A stretch of 32,000 nucleotides of DNA from Promethearchaeum syntrophicum (GCF_008000775.2 NZ_CP042905.2:3780001-3812000); one strand, 5' to 3'. Shown: positions 1 through 9,119, numbered from the stretch's first letter. The notes: a model not told the origin generated them from the letters alone. Numbers and translations: made by a program.

Positions 1-262
1 ATGGTGTCTCATTTTTGTTTGTTTTTTGGCATATTAGTATGTTACGAATTTTGTTCATATTAATTTGGTTGAAATATTAGTTGGAAATATAACATATTTT
101 TTGTTTCCATTTACTATGATCATAAAAAAATTCAATACATTTAATCCTTAGGGCTTAATTCCAATAGTTTTATTGAATAAAAGCTTAATATCGAAAATGT
201 TTTCCCTTAGAAATTTTAAAGAAAATAATATAGATCCATTTTAGAGAAAAAATGATAATTAA

Positions 263-826
263 TTAACTGATAGATTTTATTTTAATTTTTTTCGCATCAG
301 CTTTTTCGCAATAGGGGCAAGATACAATTCCACATAATTCATCAGGACTATCAAAATTCTCTATTGTAAAATCAACCGGAAGTATAAATGGCTCAGCAAA
401 ATCTGTGATTAAATCCATTTTAATTTTTTTAACGAATTCTTTATTTCTAAAATGCTTATCTAAAATAATATCTAATCTTTTAAGGGATGAACAAGCCATG
501 AAAATCATCACATTATAATCCCCACTTAATTTTAGGGCATTAATTATGTATGGACAAGAATCAACCATGTCAAATACGAATTGAGGTTGTGTTATTGACA
601 ATTCTATTTTGACTAAATTGAGCGAGGATGATACAAGATCTTTGGAAAAATCAACTCCAATCTGAGTAGCTAGAACCCCTTTTTCAGATAATTTTTTTAT
701 TCGAGCTCCAATTGCTGGTTGAGATCTTTCCAAGTTTTTTGCTATTTGGCTATGGGTAATAGATGGATTCTTTTGAAGAGTTTCGATTATTCTTTTATCT
801 ATATCATCAAGTTTTGTTAATTTCAT
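263..826 (-). CDS. Lrp/AsnC-family winged-HTH transcriptional regulator with Cys-rich C-terminal tail
   Basis: N-terminus LDDIDKRIIETLQKNPSITHSQIAKNLERSQPAIGARIKKLSEKGVL matches the Lrp/AsnC HTH pattern; extra C-terminal CGIVSCPYC. Confidence 0.8.
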   Translation of the reverse strand: MKLTKLDDIDKRIIETLQKNPSITHSQIAKNLERSQPAIGARIKKLSEKGVLATQIGVDFSKDLVSSSLNLVKIELSITQPQFVFDMVDSCPYIINALKLSGDYNVMIFMACSSLKRLDIILDKHFRNKEFVKKIKMDLITDFAEPFILPVDFTIENFDSPDELCGIVSCPYCEKADAKKIKIKSIS

Positions 827-875
827 TTAATCACTTTTAATTTACCTTTTTAGAATTTAACGAAAAAGGATTTAT

Positions 876-1427
876 CTATAATTTTTTATCTTGAATTTCT
901 GATATTTCTTTGGATTTCTTCATTAGTAATTCGGTTAATCCTTGAAATGATTCTTCTACATTTTCTCCTGTTTTAGCAGAAAGTTCTGTATGATTAGTTA
1001 ATAAAAATTCATCCGCTTTTTGAGAAGCTTCTTCAAAACTAATTTGACGATGATCTACCAAATCTTTTTTACTACCGATTAGGAAAATTGGAATATTTCC
1101 GGCATTTTTTCTGATGATTTGGATCCAAACTGATAGACTTTCAAGGGTCTTATGAGAGGTTATATCGTATAGAAAGAATGCAGCATTGCTTCCTTTACTA
1201 TAAGTTGGTAAAAGAAATCTGAAGCGTTCTTCGCCTCCAAAATCCCATATTTGTATCTTAACTGATTTATTATTATCTAATCTAATCTTTTTTGAGAAGA
1301 AATCGACACCTATTGTTAATCTTGGTGAGTCTACAAACACGCCAGTAATATATCTATGTGTCAGTGAAGTTTTCCCAACACTTGCATCCCCTAGCATTAA
1401 TAATTTAAATGTAAAATCTGGTGACAT
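876..1427 (-). CDS. Ras/Rab-like small GTPase
   Basis: G1 GDASVGKT, conserved Thr in TIGVDF, G3 WDFGGEERF, G4-like GSKKD, G5-like LSAK. ATG at 1427 (MSPDFTFKLLMLGD) preferred over the 1544 start in the track, whose extra N-terminus precedes the first beta strand. Confidence 0.85.
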   Translation of the reverse strand: MSPDFTFKLLMLGDASVGKTSLTHRYITGVFVDSPRLTIGVDFFSKKIRLDNNKSVKIQIWDFGGEERFRFLLPTYSKGSNAAFFLYDITSHKTLESLSVWIQIIRKNAGNIPIFLIGSKKDLVDHRQISFEEASQKADEFLLTNHTELSAKTGENVEESFQGLTELLMKKSKEISEIQDKKL

Positions 1428-1518
1428 TGTTCTCAAATTTTTGTTTATGTTATTAGATTGTAGAATTAATGTTAAATAATCATTGATCGTTATTAAAAAT
1501 TTTATAGCTTTTTTTGAA

Positions 1519-1592
1519 GATCGAGAGTGAGATTGCAATATCATCGTAAGAATAATTTCTACCTCAATGCAAAACTATAACAACTCTCGATC
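1519..1592. repeat. Perfect 10-bp inverted repeat GATCGAGAGT/ACTCTCGATC with 54-nt spacer
   Basis: gatcgagagt at 1519-1528 and its exact reverse complement actctcgatc at 1583-1592; an 8-bp palindrome ATTGCAAT lies inside at 1532-1539. Confidence 0.6.
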
Positions 1593-1632
1593 GCGTTTTA
1601 AAATGATTTTTCCCATATATTTGATTAGTATT

Positions 1633-3072
1633 TCAAAATAAATTGTCCAATTTTTCATGGCGTTTGGTTAAAAAAGTCCCAAAATATGATTTAAATGGCA
1701 AAGAAATTTCAATATTTCCGGAAATTTTATTTTTTTTCAGTGATGTATTCATTTTTCTTTCAAGAGATGACAAATGTTTTATCTTAAATTGGGATTCTAG
1801 TTGGTTAGTTATTAATTCAATTTCTGTATCTGGCAAATGCGCTCGTATATGTGCTTCTATTTGGGGTAATGGAATTGTACACTGAGGATTTATATGAGAA
1901 ATTGGAAACAAAATATTTGCGATTAAATTAATTCTCTTCTTTACATAATTAGAATCTACATTAGATAAAAATTCAAATCTCACAGGGACATCATAGGGAG
2001 AAATTTGTACGTAGGATCCAAATACACCAATTTTTTCAACAGCAGAATTTTTCTTATGAAAAATTTTTGAAATATCCGGATTAATGCAAAATACAGTTGA
2101 TCTATGTTTTGGAGGGATAATCTTAAATAAAAATTCAGAATCTGTAAAGTATTTCAAATGTGTTCTATAAGGAATTTCTTGTAAACTTTTTAAACTTGAA
2201 TAATGAGCTATGAAATAAGGTAAAGCTCTATTTAACAAATCTCGAAACATTGATGAACGGCTATCTTTTACGGAACCAATAAGAATAATATTTTTTTCAT
2301 TACAAAATTCATATAATTCTCTGTAACTTTCAATGCATGCATTGTAAAACTCCTTTATTATCTCAGTATTTTTCTGATAAATTAATGGTGGCGGAGGAAG
2401 CAAGCTTCCATCTAGCAGAACTAAATCTGGAAGATTTGATTCTGAGCGTAAAAAATTTAATAACATCGAATTTTCTGCTAAAGTTCTCCTTAATCCTGCC
2501 AAAGTTCTACCTAAATTCTCTGAAATAGGTAAATCATCAGAAAATAATGAATAATATTCATCATTGTATATCGGAGGAAAGTTTCTTATTGATGGAGAGC
2601 CGTCATATGAATCAAAATCGTATAGAACTACTGTAACCTTAATTAAAGTTAATTGCACACCCAAGTATTGTCGAAGACCTAATCCTCCATCCACGGCAGC
2701 AATCCTTAACCCACGTAATTGAGATATAGAATATGGAAAAACGGGATTGATAAGATTTCGTTCAAAAAATGGTTTAAAATCAGGATTAGAAAAAGAAGTT
2801 AGATCTAAATCATGACATTTCTTAAAGGCATCTAAAAAAATGCTTAAAAATTGTTCTTTTCCTTGTATATTTTTAAATATTTGTTCCGCATGATATGAGA
2901 GATTTAATGAAAGGAGCTGATCTTTAGAGAAGAAGGTTGGAGTTATAAAATTCTTTTTATTTTCAATTTTTAACTTTTCCTTTTCGATATAATAATTTAC
3001 TTGTTTTTTTCCTATCTTTTTTTTTTTAAGAAAATCAGAAGTAGAAAAGGAATCTCTTGAAGTAGCGGGCAT
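1633..3072 (-). CDS. nurA: NurA-domain nuclease
   Basis: AAVDGGLGLR, LVLLDGSLLPPPP and IGSVKDSRSSMFRD match the spaced acidic motifs of NurA-family 5'-3' nucleases. Confidence 0.7.
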   Translation of the reverse strand: MPATSRDSFSTSDFLKKKKIGKKQVNYYIEKEKLKIENKKNFITPTFFSKDQLLSLNLSYHAEQIFKNIQGKEQFLSIFLDAFKKCHDLDLTSFSNPDFKPFFERNLINPVFPYSISQLRGLRIAAVDGGLGLRQYLGVQLTLIKVTVVLYDFDSYDGSPSIRNFPPIYNDEYYSLFSDDLPISENLGRTLAGLRRTLAENSMLLNFLRSESNLPDLVLLDGSLLPPPPLIYQKNTEIIKEFYNACIESYRELYEFCNEKNIILIGSVKDSRSSMFRDLLNRALPYFIAHYSSLKSLQEIPYRTHLKYFTDSEFLFKIIPPKHRSTVFCINPDISKIFHKKNSAVEKIGVFGSYVQISPYDVPVRFEFLSNVDSNYVKKRINLIANILFPISHINPQCTIPLPQIEAHIRAHLPDTEIELITNQLESQFKIKHLSSLERKMNTSLKKNKISGNIEISLPFKSYFGTFLTKRHEKLDNLF

Positions 3073-3150
3073 TGTTAATTTATTTAATGTCTAATCCCAA
3101 ATTAATAGAACAAACACTCTATTAGTTTTTTATAATACTAAAATCAGAAA

Positions 3151-3218
3151 TAAAAAAAAAAGAAAATTTTGAGGAAATTCCTGAAACATCTCACGAAACG
3201 GAAGTTAGAATCCTCAAA
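3151..3218 (-). terminator. Inverted repeat followed by poly-T on minus strand (terminator or 3' end of a small RNA)
   Basis: tttgagga (3168-3175) and tcctcaaa (3211-3218) are exact reverse complements; on the minus strand the distal arm is followed by ATTTTCTTTTTTTTTT. Confidence 0.35.
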
Positions 3219-3363
3219 GAACCACCGTCTCTCAAATATTTATTAAAATATTCGACATTAAGATCATTTTATTAATAGTTTTTATTCTATTTTTATTCGA
3301 CCTTCGTTGCTTCAGCAATCATACCATATAAAGTTAACTATTTAAATCTAACCCAAATGAAAT

Positions 3364-3966
3364 TTAAGAGCGTTTATTTAATAGAATCTCAATTGAAGCA
3401 ATTTCTTTTAGACAATTTGAACAAAAAGATACATTGGAATGGAAAACCTTCCCACATTTAGGGCACTTATAACTCACAACTTGCATTTTCCCATCTTCTT
3501 CTTCTTTTTTTTTCATTATTATGGTATATATAACCCAAATAATAACGAATTCAAATATTTGAATTCCGAATAAGTATAGAATTGAATAAAGAAAATCATA
3601 TAATAACTGATTCTCAAAAATCGGGCTATATTTGTGAACAAAAACCCAGAAAAAATAATGAATTAATCCTTGAATCAATAAAAAATATTTAATGAAATTC
3701 AAATATTCATTTTTGGATTGGATAGTTAAGATTGTTGAAATTATAAGTAGAAATATAAAACTGACAATGGAAGTTTGCCAAAAGATATAAAAATCACCAT
3801 GATAACAATAGGTACCTAAAAAAACAATTGCATTTTTTTGCATAAGTGTTTGTGTTTCAAAAGTAGAACCAAAGCTAAATGAATTTAAAAGAAATAATAC
3901 TAAAGAAATTCCAACATAATAGAAAAGCGTTGCAATTTTAGCATTAATGAATCTTTTTATCTGCAC
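3364..3966 (-). CDS. Membrane protein with C-terminal zinc ribbon
   Basis: Several hydrophobic segments, then YKCPKCGKVFHSNVSFCSNC. Confidence 0.6.
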   Translation of the reverse strand: MQIKRFINAKIATLFYYVGISLVLFLLNSFSFGSTFETQTLMQKNAIVFLGTYCYHGDFYIFWQTSIVSFIFLLIISTILTIQSKNEYLNFIKYFLLIQGLIHYFFWVFVHKYSPIFENQLLYDFLYSILYLFGIQIFEFVIIWVIYTIIMKKKEEEDGKMQVVSYKCPKCGKVFHSNVSFCSNCLKEIASIEILLNKRS

Positions 3967-4038
3967 TTTACTCTAGAAATAAATTATTTATTGTATGTGA
4001 AAAAATTATTTGTTTTGTTTAATTTTAAAAATCAATAT

Positions 4039-4908
4039 ATGCCTTCAATAAAATCACAAAAATACATCGTAAAACCTTCAGATAGTCGAGAATGGATAAT
4101 AATTCAATCTAATTCAGGATTAGCTGTTGATACTGAATTACGCATGTTGGATTATCATTACGATTGTCAACCAAAACAGATTGAAGTTAATGGAGAGAAA
4201 ATTTACTGCTCCCAACTTTGCTGTTACGCAGGTTGCTATGTAAGTGAAGATGAAATAAAGAGTGTAGAAGCGATTCTTCCTAAAATAAAACCTTTGTTAA
4301 AAAAAGATAGTTTAGAACTTCTTGAAAAAGTAAAAGATCAGATTTTTGTTCTTGAAGATTATGATAAAGATGAAAAATTATATAAAACACGCACTGCACC
4401 TGAAGAATGGGAATTTTCTGATAATGATGAAGAAAAAGAAGAAGTAGGAGAAAAAGATATTAAAGAGGAGAATGAATCAGAATCTTTAGAAATTGAGGAA
4501 GAAAATTATGAGGATGAGGAAGAAGAAAAAGAAATTCCAAAAAATCATTGCTTATTTCTCACCGATAAAGGTTTATGCGCTCTACATCAATATTATAATG
4601 ATAATGGAATTAATTGGGTAAAGGAAAAATTCAATATTTGTGTTACTTTTCCTTTAGATATTCGCCCTCAAGACAAGACATTGGCTTTTATGGATGAATT
4701 TGATTCATTCACGTATTTCAACGTAGATTGCATTAGTAAGGATGAGGATAAAAAAATTGAATTAGGAATGCCCCAAATCATCGATTCCATGAAATATGCA
4801 ATAGTTCATCGATTCTCTCTTGAATGGTGGGAAGCACTTTCAGCATTCTCAAAAGATTATCGAGCAGGAAAAATAGATTTAGATTTTATATATAAAGAAA
4901 TGGATTAA
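4039..4908 (+). CDS. Cys-cluster protein resembling the DUF3109/YkgJ-like family
   Basis: CSQLCCYAGCYVSEDE, CLFLTDKGLCALHQY, FNICVTFPLDIRP. Start trimmed to ATG 4039. Confidence 0.5.
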   Translation: MPSIKSQKYIVKPSDSREWIIIQSNSGLAVDTELRMLDYHYDCQPKQIEVNGEKIYCSQLCCYAGCYVSEDEIKSVEAILPKIKPLLKKDSLELLEKVKDQIFVLEDYDKDEKLYKTRTAPEEWEFSDNDEEKEEVGEKDIKEENESESLEIEEENYEDEEEEKEIPKNHCLFLTDKGLCALHQYYNDNGINWVKEKFNICVTFPLDIRPQDKTLAFMDEFDSFTYFNVDCISKDEDKKIELGMPQIIDSMKYAIVHRFSLEWWEALSAFSKDYRAGKIDLDFIYKEMD

Positions 4909-4922
4909 AAAATTATAGAATT

Positions 4923-5591
4923 CTATATTTTTGTAATTGGTCCTTCAACTACTTCAAATTTATCTTTAGTAATAACTACAATTTGGTTTTTAGACCCAGA
5001 ACCAATATCTAGACTTTTAGAAGCAGATAGGGCTTTTTCAACAAGTTTAACACCTTCTTCAACACTCATTTCAGGTTTCCACGACCCTTCCATAACACCT
5101 AATGCGAATGTGGATCCGGAACCTAAACTTGCAAAATTTTCAGAATCTGCCATATACCCTAAGAAATCGATTGGAAAAATTCTTCCAGACTGAGTTTTTG
5201 AGTCGTATCCTCCAATTATCATAAATGCTTGGAAAAATGAACGCCCATTGAATAATATGTTTCTTACGATATTTGCGATATATTCCAGACTAGGCTCTTT
5301 TTCATCTCGTACATTCAATAATCTAGAAATTGCTTGGGCTTGACCGACAACATACTGACAATCCGAAACGCCTCCTGCAATTGTAGCACCGCATTGATTA
5401 TTTATTTTAAACAATTTCTGCGCTTTCTTATTTGCTACAAAATATCCTGCAGTTGCTTGTGATTCTGTTGCTAAAATTACCCCATCTTTAATAACCATAC
5501 CAATTGTTGTCGTTCCAGTTTTTAACATTTCTAGTTTATGCATTTCTGGATTAGATTGTGCATCATGTAATGTAGGATTTTTAAAAGACAT
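4923..5591 (-). CDS. psmB: 20S proteasome beta subunit with propeptide
   Basis: Propeptide ending KTG before mature TTTIGMVIKDGVILATES; Lys33 in KKAQKL; GSGSTFALG and LDIGSGS motifs. Confidence 0.92.
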   Translation of the reverse strand: MSFKNPTLHDAQSNPEMHKLEMLKTGTTTIGMVIKDGVILATESQATAGYFVANKKAQKLFKINNQCGATIAGGVSDCQYVVGQAQAISRLLNVRDEKEPSLEYIANIVRNILFNGRSFFQAFMIIGGYDSKTQSGRIFPIDFLGYMADSENFASLGSGSTFALGVMEGSWKPEMSVEEGVKLVEKALSASKSLDIGSGSKNQIVVITKDKFEVVEGPITKI

Positions 5592-5646
5592 GGTTAAAAA
5601 GAAGCAATTAAAACTTTTATTTTTTCTTATAATATTTAATAGTTAT

Positions 5647-6156
5647 TTATTCATAGAGGTTTTTAAAACGATCATCGGGTAAAATAACTAAAATTCCGTC
5701 TGATTTAACACATAACTTCCCTGAAGAATCTTTTCCACTATAAATTTTAGCATTGGCATATATTTCTTTTCCCGCTTTTCCTTCAAGTGATTTCGAAATT
5801 TTGCTATGAATAAATATAGGTTCGTCAATAAGAACAGGTCTAAGGAACTTTACATTAATAGATTTTGTTATTCCATATCTTCCAAATATAAAAAATGTAA
5901 CATGAGCCATCAATTCATCAACTAAAGTTGTTAAAATTCCCCCATGAGAATATTTGGGAAACCCACAAAATTCTTTTGGCACAATATACCGTGAGACAAG
6001 TTCTTCTGTTTCTATATTAGCAAAAAAGCGTAATTTTAAACCAATTGGATTAGATTTCGAGCAAGCGAAACAATAATGTCCATATCCGGGAGGGATGTGA
6101 ACCAGAATCTCTTTGAACCCTTGTTTAATCAAATCTGAATAATCAATTTCATGCAT
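5647..6156 (-). CDS. Hotdog-fold thioesterase (PaaI-like)
   Basis: CFACSKSNPIGLKL, YSHGGILTTLVDELMAH and ITKSINVKFLRPVLIDEPI are typical of hotdog thioesterases. Confidence 0.75.
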   Translation of the reverse strand: MHEIDYSDLIKQGFKEILVHIPPGYGHYCFACSKSNPIGLKLRFFANIETEELVSRYIVPKEFCGFPKYSHGGILTTLVDELMAHVTFFIFGRYGITKSINVKFLRPVLIDEPIFIHSKISKSLEGKAGKEIYANAKIYSGKDSSGKLCVKSDGILVILPDDRFKNLYE

Positions 6157-6185
6157 AGTAAAAATCTCTTGTAATTTTTGGTTGT

Positions 6186-7970
6186 TTAATTTGTAAAATA
6201 ACCATAAATTTCTGATTTCGTTATTTTTTTTAATTTTACATAGCCATACCGTTCAAACTGCACAATATTCCCAGGTTTTAAGTTCCTCAAATTTAATTCT
6301 CCATATCCTTTAGTAATCTTTCCATCAGGTTGGAGAATTTTAACTCGAATTTTATCATTTTGTGGAACAACTTGGAGTTTTCGTATATTTTTTTCTTTTT
6401 CTTGGGATTCATAATGGACGTTTGGATTTTTTCCCAATTTATCAATTTTCACATTAAATATATCTTTAAATCGGATGGTTTGACCAATTTTTAATGCAGG
6501 AAAAATAATATTTCCTTTTTTACCTTTAATTTCTTTAAGATCGCTTTCAGAAATAAAAACTTTCGATATTCCCTCAACTATTTCAAGAGGAACGTTCCTT
6601 ACTCCTTTATCGGGATATTGGGGATTAATTAATGGATGAGCAATATATTCCTCCATTGGAATATCTGTAATTTTAATAGAATGGGGCTTTTCAACAAACC
6701 AATATCGATTTGAAGTTGGATCTATTATTGAAGAATTTTTTGAGTAAATCCATTCCTTATCAAAAACAATACCACGTTTTGATAAACCTAAATCTAATAA
6801 TGACTCTCTTAAAGCTTGGGGTTGAATTCCTCTTGCTTTTAATGATTGCAAACTCCAAGTTCGAGGATCATCCCAACCGTCGTATTTTCCTGAATGAACA
6901 TTTTGTCTAGCCAAAGTTTTGCTAAGTTTAAATTCATCATCAAATTTCATACGACCGTACAATGTAATTTGGGATTCTGGCCAACCATATAAATCCCATA
7001 TAATTTTTTCAACTTCTCCCTCTTTTTTTAAATCAATTCCTCGAATAATGTGAGTGATTCCTAATAAATGATCATCTAAACCCCAAGACCACTCTAACAC
7101 TGGCCATAACCGAACTTTGGTACCAATTCTTGGATGGGGTGCATCAGAAATTCGCATAATAATATGATCTCGAAGAGCAGGATCTTTTTGATCCATGCCC
7201 GTTTTCAAGCGAACAACTGCTTCCCCTTCTCCGATTTTACCTTCAAGCATTCTATCGTATAATTCTTGATGATACTCTCTTTCTTTGTTTCTACAAGGAC
7301 ATTCAATTCCTGGTCTCTTATATTTATCACGGAATTCTTTGGCCAAACAAGTACAAACATATGCATGACCTTCATCTATCATCCGTTTTGCTTCATCTTG
7401 ATAAATTTGAACCCGATCACTTTTATAATGAGTTTCATGATATTTTACTCCCAACCAATCAAGACCTTCAGGGATTAAATCATATGCTTCGGGAATTACA
7501 TATTTCGCCGATGGTTCATTCATTTTTAACTTTGTAGTCCCTATTGTATCATCAAAAACTAAGAGTAACTTTCCATCATATTTTTTCACATATTCATCAT
7601 TTAAAACTACCATTCTTGCGTTTCCAATGTGAAGGGCACCCGAAGGATAGGGAGCTAACCTCATAACTACTTTTTTTTGTTTAGCTCCAGGTAATTCTGG
7701 CAATATTTTCTTTTCGGGGCCAAGTTTTTCCTTTTTATCTAGAGCATGAAGATCTAATTTTAGAACTTTTTGCTTTTGTTCACTAATCGACAGAGAATTA
7801 ACTTTGGATATAATTTGGGCAACTCTTGGTTTTAATTCATTTCCCTTTTGCCGTAATTCAGGGAGATCTCTCATTAATTTGCCCATTATTGCTTTCGGAT
7901 TTGCTTTACCATTAAATTTTATTGCATTTTTCAATCCTTCTAACCAAATAATTTTATCAATTTCATCCAT
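6186..7970 (-). CDS. gltX: Glutamyl-tRNA synthetase, archaeal type
   Basis: HIGH-like SGALHIGNAR, KMSKS-like KLSKT, VHSGKYDGWDDPRTWSLQSLKARG, and an N-terminal extension typical of archaeal GluRS. Confidence 0.92.
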   Translation of the reverse strand: MDEIDKIIWLEGLKNAIKFNGKANPKAIMGKLMRDLPELRQKGNELKPRVAQIISKVNSLSISEQKQKVLKLDLHALDKKEKLGPEKKILPELPGAKQKKVVMRLAPYPSGALHIGNARMVVLNDEYVKKYDGKLLLVFDDTIGTTKLKMNEPSAKYVIPEAYDLIPEGLDWLGVKYHETHYKSDRVQIYQDEAKRMIDEGHAYVCTCLAKEFRDKYKRPGIECPCRNKEREYHQELYDRMLEGKIGEGEAVVRLKTGMDQKDPALRDHIIMRISDAPHPRIGTKVRLWPVLEWSWGLDDHLLGITHIIRGIDLKKEGEVEKIIWDLYGWPESQITLYGRMKFDDEFKLSKTLARQNVHSGKYDGWDDPRTWSLQSLKARGIQPQALRESLLDLGLSKRGIVFDKEWIYSKNSSIIDPTSNRYWFVEKPHSIKITDIPMEEYIAHPLINPQYPDKGVRNVPLEIVEGISKVFISESDLKEIKGKKGNIIFPALKIGQTIRFKDIFNVKIDKLGKNPNVHYESQEKEKNIRKLQVVPQNDKIRVKILQPDGKITKGYGELNLRNLKPGNIVQFERYGYVKLKKITKSEIYGYFTN

Positions 7971-8078
7971 CTTTGAACATTCCTAAAATATATTGTAGAA
8001 AAACAATTAAAAGAAAAAAATTTTTCTCTTATTACAATTCATATTATTTCATACAACCATTTTTTAAAAAAATAAACC

Positions 8079-9119
8079 TTGGTGTTAATTCTGTCTGAAA
8101 ACGATAAACAAGAATTCAAAGAAGATACAATAAATTCAAAAGAAATACAACTGGAAACTGATAATTTTTTTTGTTCAAAATGTAAACAAGTAAATCAAAA
8201 ATCTCAAAAAACCTTCTATTGTATACATTGTGGAAATCGATTTCCTGTGGATAGAAATAATCAATTAATTTTGGATGAAAATAATTTTTCAATGAAATAT
8301 CGAAATGATATGAAAAAAATTATCCCTAAGAAAAAAAAAAAAAAATGGAGGTTATTATCGGGATTTACAGTATCTTTTGGAACATATTTAGCAGTAACTC
8401 TAGTATCTTTAATTCTTTTCTTTATTTTCTCAGTTTTTACTAATGTTGAATTAGATTCTATTCTTTTTAGTTTTTTAATATCTATTTCTTCACTTTTATT
8501 CTTTATAATTCCGATTTTATGGATTCAAAGATATTATCCAAGAATATTAACAATGAAACAACGATTTAGTGAATTAGGAATACCTTTAGAGAGATATTCT
8601 CGAAAACAATTAATCCGAGAGATACTTTTAGGATTTTTATTAGGTTTAATTTCGGTTTTTCTTGTAATTCTACTTCAACTCATTTCTTATTATCTTATTA
8701 AATTATTATTCCATGTAGATTTCTATAATTTTCTGGAAGCTATACAATTTGAGGATTTTGCCTTAACCATCCCCGATAACATTTTCGAATTAAGCCTTTT
8801 CATTTTAATGATGACTTTTCTTATAGGCTTCCCAGAAGAAATCATGTTTCGTGGATTCGTTCAAAGAAGTTTTGAGAATTCGTTAAAAAAACCTGCTGCT
8901 TTGCTATTAACTGCTGTTTATTTTGCTTTCTTTCATATTTTTCTATATATATTGCAACCGATTATTTTCTTCTTTATGGTTATTCCTTATTTGGGATTAT
9001 CAATTCTTTTAGGATTGATTAGAAATTGGAGGGGAGATATTATTGCAACAATAATTGCTCATATAATTTACAATTGCACTCAAACGTTTATCATATTTTT
9101 AATTTTAAATTCAATTTAA
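8079..9119 (+). CDS. CPBP-family intramembrane metalloprotease with N-terminal zinc ribbon
   Basis: CSKCKQ...YCIHCGNRF ribbon, then TM segments with EEIMFRG, FFHI and AHIIYN motifs of CAAX-protease/bacteriocin-processing (CPBP) proteins. TTG start. Confidence 0.8.
   Translation: MVLILSENDKQEFKEDTINSKEIQLETDNFFCSKCKQVNQKSQKTFYCIHCGNRFPVDRNNQLILDENNFSMKYRNDMKKIIPKKKKKKWRLLSGFTVSFGTYLAVTLVSLILFFIFSVFTNVELDSILFSFLISISSLLFFIIPILWIQRYYPRILTMKQRFSELGIPLERYSRKQLIREILLGFLLGLISVFLVILLQLISYYLIKLLFHVDFYNFLEAIQFEDFALTIPDNIFELSLFILMMTFLIGFPEEIMFRGFVQRSFENSLKKPAALLLTAVYFAFFHIFLYILQPIIFFFMVIPYLGLSILLGLIRNWRGDIIATIIAHIIYNCTQTFIIFLILNSI

Noticed and set aside
1428-1544. N-terminal extension of the Rab-like ORF
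   Set aside because: The GTPase core starts at MSPDFTFKLLMLGD; the extension overlaps the inverted-repeat element and looks non-coding.
1643-3000. Plus-strand ORFs 1643-1885 and 2337-2528
   Set aside because: Entirely antisense to the well-supported NurA-like gene; no recognisable motifs.
6710-7986. Antisense or overlapping small ORFs 6710-6910, 7266-7478 (+) and 7804-7986
   Set aside because: Lie within or over gltX; compositional by-products without family signatures.
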